Positions 28,130-36,700 of a DNA stretch of 55,073 bases are shown here, piece by piece. Source of the DNA: Flavobacteriales bacterium (lineage in GTDB: Bacteria > Bacteroidota > Bacteroidia > Flavobacteriales_D > Sanyastnellaceae); assembly GCA_049318685.1 (NCBI GenBank), contig JBMOFW010000001.1, forward strand, positions 1 through 55,073. The letters are read 5' to 3'. How positions within the stretch are numbered: the first letter of the stretch is position 1; the number at the start of each line of letters is the position of its first letter. The translations under genes were made by a program, and so were the position numbers. The notes under the pieces were generated by a model. It did not search any database. It was given only the letters and a program-made list of their open reading frames with translations, and had not been told where the DNA came from.

Positions 28130-29338
28130 TCATTTACGATAACGCACATATTCGAAGCGTCCAATTCGGATACGAAATACCTTCCGTTGCTCGTCTTTTT
28201 CTGATTCAATATCCACGGGCAAATCCAATTCTTTACTGGTTTTGTTTACATTTTTCTTGAACCAAGAAGACGTAAACTCTTGCTCTGGATAATCCTCGCC
28301 GCCCCACAAGGCTTTCTTTGCTTTATCCTCTGCAAAATCCCAAATACCGTTGTACTCTTTTGCGCTTTTGCGTTTTGCGGACGCTGTAGTATAGGCAGCG
28401 GCGCTTTGTGTTCCAAGGTCGGGGTTCAGGATTCGGGGTTCAGGGTTCTGAGTATTGGGTTCGGGAATCTGCGTATTCGAGTCGGAATTCGGATTTTGAG
28501 CCACGTCATTGTGTTCCATCTCAAATGGATTTGATTCAATGATTGGAGCTTTATAAGGCTCCTGAGTGGGAGTGGCTTTGTCGTGCGGATGGCGAACGGT
28601 GTGAACGTTAGTCTGAGGATTCGCAGGCATTGCCACTTCACCCGCGCTATCCTTCGCATTTTGATGCGTTGTCCCTTGAACTGCGCGACCAGGATTCTCC
28701 GCTACGGAAGCGGGAGATGGATCATTTGGCCCATTCATCCACAAAAGCGCCGCAATCGCCGCTGCTGCAGAGGAATAATAAAATGCCCTTTTCAGTGTAA
28801 ATACTTTTGCGCCTTCTTGCACAGAAGTCATCGGAACGACCGTTGCCCCTTTTTGAAAGAGCGCGGCTTTGTGCTCAAAAATGATGATTGGGGCAACGAG
28901 CTTTGGTAAAACAATCGCACCATGTGCTCCGCGAAGCACGGCCAAATCAGCGCGTTTCGCTTTGCGTACACCATAGCCCGGAAGCAAGTTCCAATACAAT
29001 GAGCGCTCTTGTTGGTACAACGATGCTTTCGCATCAAATACTAAGGCTTCACCTTTCAAACGTGGCAATACAATAGGACGGAGGCCCTCATGCTTTTCTT
29101 TAGCTACAGGCGGAAATGCCGGTTTTTCGCCAGGTGCTTGGGCTTTGTACAAATCTAATTTTTCAACCGAATGATCATTCGGTATGTTGAAATGAACATC
29201 ACTTAAGCCATCGAGTTCTGCTGCCAAATCGGGATGAGCCACAAGAAACGCTTCGACCTGTTGGCGCAGATCGACAGAAAGCGTCCCATCGATATAATCG
29301 ATAAAGTACACTTCGTAATTGTCTCTTGTAATCATCAT
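28130..29338 (-). CDS. Putative anti-sigma factor (one TM segment, low-complexity Pro/Asn-rich linker)
   Basis: 402 aa. ATGATGA overlap with the upstream ECF sigma gene. The N-terminal ~50 aa is anti-sigma-like (YIDGTLSVDLRQQVEAFLVAHPDL). Hydrophobic segment AFYYSSAAAAIAALLWM. Heptapeptide-repeat linker. Confidence 0.6.
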   Translation of the reverse strand: MMITRDNYEVYFIDYIDGTLSVDLRQQVEAFLVAHPDLAAELDGLSDVHFNIPNDHSVEKLDLYKAQAPGEKPAFPPVAKEKHEGLRPIVLPRLKGEALVFDAKASLYQQERSLYWNLLPGYGVRKAKRADLAVLRGAHGAIVLPKLVAPIIIFEHKAALFQKGATVVPMTSVQEGAKVFTLKRAFYYSSAAAAIAALLWMNGPNDPSPASVAENPGRAVQGTTHQNAKDSAGEVAMPANPQTNVHTVRHPHDKATPTQEPYKAPIIESNPFEMEHNDVAQNPNSDSNTQIPEPNTQNPEPRILNPDLGTQSAAAYTTASAKRKSAKEYNGIWDFAEDKAKKALWGGEDYPEQEFTSSWFKKNVNKTSKELDLPVDIESEKDEQRKVFRIRIGRFEYVRYRK

Positions 29339-29829
29339 AATACGTTTTCGATTTTGCCTATATAGGCTTTTAGCGCTACACGGGCACGGTAAATATACAC
29401 CTTCACTTGCGATTCGTTCAATCCGGTGATCTCTTCGATTTCTTCATAGCTATATCCTTCATAGTCGCGAAGCATAATCACACTTTTTTGAATGGGAGGC
29501 AATGTTTCCAAGGCTTCATTCAACACTTGTTGCAAATCACTGTATTGCCTTTCGGTGGCACTCAGTCCTGTTCTCATTGCATCTGACTGATAGTCAAGTT
29601 GTCTTTTGTCACGACGCATACCATCAATCATCGTGTGATAACCGGAGGTAAAGATGTACGATTTGGCTTTCTCAAACGACACCTCATCCACCTTCAGCCA
29701 GAGCTTAGTAAATGTATCTTGCACTAAATCACGCGCTTTGTCCTTGTCTCTTACGTTTTTCAGCAAGAAACGGTACAAGGCATCGGAATGCAATTCGACA
29801 CATTTATTGTACTCGGCAGTGGTCATCAA
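29335..29829 (-). CDS. ECF-type RNA polymerase sigma-70 factor
   Basis: 164 aa. Region 2 (ARDLVQDTFTKLW) and region 4 HTH (YEEIEEITGLNESQVKVYIYRARVALK). Confidence 0.9.
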   Translation of the reverse strand: MMTTAEYNKCVELHSDALYRFLLKNVRDKDKARDLVQDTFTKLWLKVDEVSFEKAKSYIFTSGYHTMIDGMRRDKRQLDYQSDAMRTGLSATERQYSDLQQVLNEALETLPPIQKSVIMLRDYEGYSYEEIEEITGLNESQVKVYIYRARVALKAYIGKIENVL

Positions 29830-29874
29830 AGGGGCTTTTTCACTTGTAGGACGATCAACGTAAAGGAAAGTTAC

Positions 29875-29903
29875 AAAAAAAAAGCCGCTCCCTTGGGAAC
29901 GGC
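29875..29903 (-). terminator. Intrinsic terminator after rplY
   Basis: Minus-strand RNA GCCGUUCC / CAAG / GGAGCGGC (one G:U pair) followed by 9 U. 22 nt after the rplY stop. Confidence 0.7.
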
Positions 29904-29924
29904 TTTTCTGTATTCGAAAAAAGA

Positions 29925-30521
29925 CTATTTCTTCTTTTTCTTTCCGTCGTCTGCACCAGCATTGTCAGCAGCGATAGACGCACGAGTAGCTTGAACAGCA
30001 ACCACCGCAGAAGCATCAGCCTCAGCGAAACGGCAACCTGGGATGCTGATTTCGCGAACGCGGATCATATCCCCGATTTTCAATGGAGTAATATCAACAG
30101 TAATAGCCTCTGGCAAAGCATCAGGCAAACCGATGATACGCATCTTACGGTAGTTTTGAACGAGTTTACCACCCGCTTTCACCCCTTCAGAGCTTCCGGT
30201 AACACGCACAGGCAAAGCTGTTTTCACTTCTTTACCAGGAACCAATTCGAGCAAGTCGATGTGGGTTACACGGTCAGTAACCGGATGTTGTTGTTTTTCT
30301 TGCATTACAGTAGCGTAAGATTTTCCATCAATTTCGAGGTTGATTTGGAAAGTCTCAGGCTGACGGAGGAGTTTGATCAAGTCCATTTCGCTAACGCTGA
30401 AATGAATTTGGTTGCTACCACCGTAAAGTACCCCTGGAACGCGCCCACTTCTGCGCAATTCTGTAGCACCTTGTCTTCCTACGTTCTCGCGAAGAGAACC
30501 GCTCAAACTAATTTGCTTCAT
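29925..30521 (-). CDS. rplY: 50S ribosomal protein L25 / general stress protein Ctc
   Basis: 198 aa. RRSGRVPGVLYGG is the L25 signature. Lys-rich C-terminal tail. Confidence 0.93.
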   Translation of the reverse strand: MKQISLSGSLRENVGRQGATELRRSGRVPGVLYGGSNQIHFSVSEMDLIKLLRQPETFQINLEIDGKSYATVMQEKQQHPVTDRVTHIDLLELVPGKEVKTALPVRVTGSSEGVKAGGKLVQNYRKMRIIGLPDALPEAITVDITPLKIGDMIRVREISIPGCRFAEADASAVVAVQATRASIAADNAGADDGKKKKK

Positions 30522-30535
30522 GATGATTTATTTGT

Positions 30536-31477
30536 TTATGAAATAATAAAATGCGAACTAATACTTCTGTTTTCCAACAAGTTGTGCAACACATCTGCAA
30601 ACAACTTGGAAACGCCCAACACCTTGATCTTATCTTTCTGCACACCATCTTTCAAAGGAATGCTATCTGTCACGATCAATTCGGTCAATACTGAATTTTG
30701 GATACGTTCATACGCTTGACCGCTCAACACCGGGTGTGTGCAAATCGCGCGAACACTCAAAGCACCATTTTCAAGCATCATCTCTGCTGCTTTGCACAAG
30801 GTGCCCGCGGTGTCTACCATATCATCAATCAATACGACATTCTTACCAGTTACATCACCGATTACGGTCATGCTTTCTACTTGATTCGCCACTTTGCGTT
30901 GTTTGTAGCAAATGGCCAAATCCACTCCGAGGATTTTTGCATAAGCATTAGCGCGCTTTGTTCCTCCAGTATCCGGAGCGGCAATGACCAAATCCGGAAT
31001 ATTCATGGCTTGCAAATGCGGGATGAAAATGGTGCTTGCATAGAGGTGATCTACTGGCACTTCAAAAAACCCTTGAATTTGTTCGGCATGGAGATCCATG
31101 GTAATGACGCGGTCAACACCAGCGGCAGTCAATAGATTCGCCACCATTTTTGCACCAATAGCAACACGTGGCTTGTCTTTTCTGTCTTGGCGGGCGAAAC
31201 CGAAATACGGCATTACCGCTACAATGCGCTTTGCTGATGCGCGCTTGGCAGCATCAATCAAGAGTAATAATTCAAATAAATTGTCGGTAGGTGGGAAGGT
31301 AGATTGGACGATAATCACGTCCTTTCCGCGTACCGTTTCTTCAATAGATGGTTGGAATTCACCATCACTAAAGCGCTGCAGGATTACGTTACCCAGAGAG
31401 GTTTCCATCGCTGCTGCAACGCCTTCTCCCATATAGGTAGAAGCTGATCCGGCCAATATTTTGAACATCTCGTTCAT
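30536..31477 (-). CDS. prs: Ribose-phosphate pyrophosphokinase
   Basis: ORF 30536..31537 trimmed to MNEMFKILAG (313 aa; the ATG at 31468 is an alternative). DLHAEQIQGFF and the PRPP-binding VLIDDMVDTAGT. Confidence 0.93.
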   Translation of the reverse strand: MNEMFKILAGSASTYMGEGVAAAMETSLGNVILQRFSDGEFQPSIEETVRGKDVIIVQSTFPPTDNLFELLLLIDAAKRASAKRIVAVMPYFGFARQDRKDKPRVAIGAKMVANLLTAAGVDRVITMDLHAEQIQGFFEVPVDHLYASTIFIPHLQAMNIPDLVIAAPDTGGTKRANAYAKILGVDLAICYKQRKVANQVESMTVIGDVTGKNVVLIDDMVDTAGTLCKAAEMMLENGALSVRAICTHPVLSGQAYERIQNSVLTELIVTDSIPLKDGVQKDKIKVLGVSKLFADVLHNLLENRSISSHFIIS

Positions 31478-31518
31478 GACAACCCTTGTTTTAAGGGCCG
31501 CAAAGATAGTCTTTTTTC

Positions 31519-32427
31519 TTAAGATTCTATCAACCAACCGGATTGCGGTATGCGTTTTCTAGCTAAAAAGACCATGAATACGAAAAATATGGCCATAGAG
31601 CCTACATAATACATCCATTCGGTTTGAAAATCCCCATCCGGGGCCTCTAGACTCATGCCGTTGTAATGGTATAAAAAAATGGCCAAAGCATTGTTGGCAA
31701 GGTGTGCCAAAATCGACACCCAAAGTCCCCCACTCCAAACGAATATATAACCCAACATGGCCCCCAAAATCAAGCGGGGTAAGAATCCATAAAACTGAAA
31801 ATGGAAGAAACTGAATAACAATGCCGACAACCAAACACCCGTATGAATATTCTTCGTGGCACCGATAAGTAGGGGCTGCAGAACCCCGCGAAACGCGAGC
31901 TCTTCGCATACGGCTGGAATAATGGCAATGCAAAAAATGGTGCTAATGAGTGATCCCACGCCGCCAAAATTCAAGATCATTCCGGTAAGTTGCCCAGCGC
32001 GCTCCTCGGTCGGTTTGAGCCAAGCTTCTAAAGCACTGCCTTCAGGAATTAAAAATTGGTTGAGTCTAGCACTGAGATCAATAATTCCCCCAGATGAAAT
32101 CATCCACAAGATAGCCACCGCTACAAAAACAAATGAGGGCGCCATATTCGCGCGAAACGCATTAGGAGCGCCGAAAATGATGATGTAAATAAAAACAGGA
32201 AGCAGAAAAGTGAAGATCTGTGATATATTATTCATCCATTTCAACAACTCAATTTGTTCCAACTTGGGTGCCGCTACCAATTCTTCTACCTCGTTGATGG
32301 AAACACCATTGGACATCGCTAATACCACTGCTGCACCCGCACCAATCATGGCACAGGTGAGAATGAGTACGCCAAAAAGAAGTGCTCTCAAGCCAGGAGA
32401 CATCTCCTGAAAAATAGGATTTTTCAT
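31519..32427 (-). CDS. CPBP-family intramembrane glutamic endopeptidase (CAAX protease-like)
   Basis: 302 aa, polytopic. Motifs CEELAFRG, FSFFHFQ and ILAHLANN. Confidence 0.85.
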   Translation of the reverse strand: MKNPIFQEMSPGLRALLFGVLILTCAMIGAGAAVVLAMSNGVSINEVEELVAAPKLEQIELLKWMNNISQIFTFLLPVFIYIIIFGAPNAFRANMAPSFVFVAVAILWMISSGGIIDLSARLNQFLIPEGSALEAWLKPTEERAGQLTGMILNFGGVGSLISTIFCIAIIPAVCEELAFRGVLQPLLIGATKNIHTGVWLSALLFSFFHFQFYGFLPRLILGAMLGYIFVWSGGLWVSILAHLANNALAIFLYHYNGMSLEAPDGDFQTEWMYYVGSMAIFFVFMVFLARKRIPQSGWLIES

Positions 32428-32439
32428 GATGCAAAAGAA

Positions 32440-32453
32440 GCGAACTACCTTTG
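32440..32453 (+). promoter_or_regulatory. -7 box TACCTTTG inside the 14-mer GCGAACTACCTTTG (second copy)
   Basis: TAnnTTTG at 32446-32453, 30 nt upstream of the dus ATG at 32484. Identical to 4549-4562. Confidence 0.45.
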
Positions 32454-32483
32454 CATTCCAAATCCATTGGTGTAAAAGTTATC

Positions 32484-33464
32484 ATGATCAAGATTGGAAA
32501 AATAGAATTGCCCGATTTCCCCCTCCTTCTCGCCCCTATGGAAGACGTGAGTGATCCGCCTTTCCGTATGCTGTGCAAAGAAAACGGGGCTGATCTCATG
32601 TACACCGAATTCATCAGTAGCGAGGGCCTAATCCGTGACGCTGCAAAGAGTCGCATGAAACTCGATATCTTCGAGTATGAACGCCCAATCGGCATTCAAA
32701 TATTTGGGTCGGATGTGGAGACCATGGGAGCATGTGCACAGATCATCGAAAAAGCCAATCCGGATTGACTCGATATCAATTATGGCTGCCCCGTGATGAA
32801 GGTCGCTTGCAAAGGTGCGGGCGCCGGTATTCTTAAAGACATTGATAAAATGGTGCGTATGACGGAAGCTGTGATCAAAAACACGTCGCTTCCAGTGACC
32901 GTAAAAACGCGTCTTGGATGGGACGATCAGAGTAAAAATATTCTCGAAGTAGCGGAGCGCTTGCAAGACATCGGTATTCAAGCTTTAACGATCCATGGAC
33001 GCACCCGCGTGCAGATGTATAAAGGCGAAGCGGATTGGTCATTAATTGCTAAGGTGAAAGAAAATCCGCGTATCACCATTCCCATCTTTGGCAATGGCGA
33101 TATTGACTCTCCTGAAAAAGCATTGGAATACAAAAATCGCTACGGTGTGGATGGGATCATGATTGGACGCGCAAGTATCGGCTATCCATGGATATTCAAT
33201 GAAATAAAACACTTTTTCAAAACCGGTGAAAAACTACCGCCGCCGACTATTGCAGAACGCGCTGCGGCAGCCCGAAAACATTTCGAATTCTCCTTGAAAT
33301 GGAAGGGCGAAAAACTCGGTGTTTTAGAAATGCGAAGACATTATTCCAATTATTTCAAGGGCATTGCCAATTTCAAAGAAGATCGCATGCAACTGGTGAC
33401 ATATATGGAACCCGAATCAATTTTCACCAAACTCGACGAAATTGCAGTAAAGGAATACGCATAA
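32484..33464 (+). pseudogene. dusB: tRNA-dihydrouridine synthase (DusB-like) interrupted by an in-frame TGA at 32766-32768
   Basis: ORFs 32451..32768 and 32793..33464 are in the same frame. The continuous reading is ...IEKANPD*LDINYGCPVMKVACKGAGAGILKD..., so the stop falls 5 codons before the conserved GCP catalytic motif. The N-terminus is MIKIGKIELPDFPLLLAPMEDVSD. Confidence 0.8.
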
Positions 33465-33687
33465 AAAAATCCGGCTGGCTTATTCTTATGAAAAAACCAA
33501 CCGGACACAAACACCTAAACACTTGACTATCCGCGGTAAAAGTACAACCTGTTTGGTTAATCGTGGATTTTGGCCATTTCGTCGACTCTTTTGCCGTTTT
33601 CTTATCCCGTTGATATCCAGGTATTTTGCTTCACCCACAGATACCAGATGGCTATAATACAGTCCCAAAATCACCGTTGAAGGGCAC

Positions 33688-33716
33688 AAAAAAAAGGGAG
33701 CCGCTGCCCCCTTTTT
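33688..33716 (-). terminator. Intrinsic terminator after the 1614-aa gene
   Basis: Minus-strand RNA GGGGGC / AGCG / GCUCCC (one G:U pair) followed by 8 U. About 25 nt after the stop at 33741. Confidence 0.6.
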
Positions 33717-33740
33717 CTATTAACATCAAAACATGGTCAC

Positions 33741-36700
33741 TTATCGTGTGATCAATCCTTTAGAACTAACCCATAAGGTATCATTCTTTCTAATTTCAAT
33801 TAAATAACTGCCATTACTCAACTTATCATTTGGAATAGTGTAATATCGACTGCCATTCAAATTCGCCGTGGTTTCTTGCACCAGTTGACCCGACATCGAG
33901 TAAATGGTGATGGTAACCAAATCGAGCTCCTGTGTGCCGCAATCTACCAACCATCCGTTCACAGCTGAAGAAATGGTGATGGCGCTTGTAGTGCTTTCTG
34001 CTTGAGCCTGTTTTGGCATCAAGACCCAACGAATTCCGTTAAACGAATCATCGAATTTAGTTTGAATGATTAATCCGGTTGTCACTTCATACATGGACTC
34101 AGTCACCACATCCTTCACCATCCATTCACCAACTAGAGAAGCTGGCAATTGAGCAATTTCGAATGCATAGATTCCTGGCATTACAACATCCGCATAAATC
34201 GGAATAACCTCATCACCCCAAGCATTGCGCACGTCCATAGTCAACTTTTCCTGATCGGATGAAACGCTATAGATGTGATGCATTCTCTCTTCCGGGCTTT
34301 TCAATAAAAACGCATCTTGATCAGCGTTAAAAGCAGCGGTCGCTTCTATATCTTCGGTTAACATCAAATTACTTTCAAAACCATCTTTCGCCAATTGCAA
34401 TACCCAGCCTTCGGGTAGATTTTCCGAACGTTCGAAAGCGGTGCCATTGTTGGATTTCATAAATTCTTTGAAGTTCAAATTCACTCCTTGAACATTTGCA
34501 CCAATAAAGAAACTTTGACCCATAGGTATGTAACGCGATGCCGTTCCCGTATGCGTCAATCCATTATACGATTTATAGGCACCTGTTTGCGAATCATAAA
34601 CGTAATATGTTGATACACCAGGGCTGTTTGCTACCACTAAATCCCAATCTATTTCAGAAGGATACGGGTTGAGCAAAAGATTCCATCCGTCTCCGGATGA
34701 TCCGGTGTTGGTCAATGGAACCGGCATCGATACATCGCCTTTCTGAAATTCTCCAGTAGCGTCTACGGTGTTCGCGGTGCCGGTCATATAGACCATGTAG
34801 CCTTTGTTTGAAGCAAGTGTGTTGGTAATATTGGTAGCGCCAATCCAACCCTGGTTGCGATCTCCGGTCACACTTTCATCATACCAATAAATATTGTTGA
34901 AATTATAACTCGGATAATCAGATCCTGGGAAACCAGTTGTCGTCAAATCGTCATTCCAATCACTTAAGGTCTGTCCTACAATCGGATTGCCCAAATTCAC
35001 ATAATTGGATAGTGCAGTTGGCAAATAGCGTTGTGCCGTGATTGAACCAATAACTGAAGCTTCGTTTTTTATCTCTCCAATCGAACCTGTAGTTGTAGCG
35101 TTCGATATCAATGTCAGTTTGTTGTTGACGTTGATTTTTCCTTTTTCAGGAGAAAGGACACCGATCAAACTCACATTCGACAAGAGTGTCAATGCCGTTC
35201 CTGATGCCAAGGGCAAACTATTATATACTTCAACATTCTTGACGTTATTGGAAGCTGATCCAGACCAAGTTTGTGCTTCATTGCCATTGAAAATGATGCG
35301 TCCCATGGTAGCGCTTAATGCGCCATTGTTGATTAGATCATTGTGAATCACCACATCCTGAGCTTGCGTATTCAGCGTACCACCTGTATTTACTGTCAGA
35401 TCCCCGCACACCAATGTTTTATCACAAGAAATGGAGTGTCCCGACTGAATAACAAGATTAGACAGACGTCCTACATATTGCACAGAAGCCGCTCCCGTTG
35501 AAGTAGTAGCCCATACCGCACCACTTACGTTTCCTGAACCAACTGAGTAGATCGTTTCCGGACATCCTTTCTGATAAAACAAAACATCATCCACACTCAA
35601 TTTGTGGCTGTTTCCTGCCGCATAGAGATAACGCATACCCATATATCCAGCCCGATTGTATGTTAGGTCTGTGCCTGTACCAAGTTGAACTAATCCGTCG
35701 AAGCCTCCATTCGCATCAAATTTCAATGTCCACAATCCTGTTTCGTCGCGAGTGACTTCAAAGCCCATGGTTGTATTGGCTGTTCCTACATCCACTGAAC
35801 TTGTAACAATCGGGAAATATTGGCCATTCACTATTTTCCACAGAGTTACTAAATCCAAGTCGGGAGATGTGAGCGGATTAATACCGACAGCGTAACCATT
35901 CAAGGCAACATTCCATAAATCCGATTTGTCGGATGCCAAGATAAATTGCCACTTGGTGTTTTGATCCGGTTCGTTTCCGAAATGATTCACTTGAAATTTC
36001 CATACACTGGTCATTCCATCAAAGTAGGTTCTTTTTGCATCAGTCGTGAAGTAATTCGATCCACTACCCGCTGTGTTGCCCGAAACAAACTGCGCTGTTC
36101 CATTGATGGGGCTTGTGTTTGATACAACCCAAGGATTCGTTATTGATGAGGCTAAATTGAAACCTGTGGTCGCTACCTCAAAATTCTGATCAACTTTATT
36201 TTCATATACAATTTCATCATCTTGTATGTAAAAGACATGTTGTGCGATGACTCCCGCTTCCATGTTCAAGCCCAGATTGCTAAATGCAAATTGTAACGAC
36301 GCATGATCATCACAGTTTCCATTGTTGGTGATTTGAATAGGTACTTGGAATGTTGTCGCATTAGCCGGTATGGTAATCACCTGAGTCGAAAATCCATTCA
36401 CACGAGATGCATCACCAGAAACAAGGGTGAGTGATAGATTCATCGCGGTCGACAACGGGTTTTCGATGGTTAAATCAATCATCACATTTCCGTCTATTTC
36501 CTCAAACTCAGATCGGTTATTCGCGAAAGACACCACAGCCGGGCAAGGCGTATTGTCTGCCTTTCTGACCTTAAACGTAACCGTTGACAGATTCATATTT
36601 TCATCATCAATGAGGATAAAATACTCTGTGCCTGCAGTGAGCGCGAAACTCGGTGAAACAGCCACAGCATCGAAATCATCAATATAAGTCCATCCGGCAT

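Noticed and set aside
32766-32768. TGA reassigned as a sense codon (genetic code 4 or 25), or selenocysteine
   Set aside because: TGA terminates other genes here (metX at 24020-24022, the ECF sigma gene at 29335-29337), and long ORFs are not fragmented by TGA elsewhere. No SECIS-like context is evident, and Dus enzymes are not known selenoproteins.
33465-33740. 276-bp gap between dus and giant gene 1, examined for a tRNA, sRNA or small protein (including the 67-aa ORF 33486..33689)
   Set aside because: There is no cloverleaf-compatible sequence, no convincing promoter-plus-terminator pair other than the terminator of the giant gene, and the ORF has no features of a real protein. An sRNA cannot be excluded without expression data.
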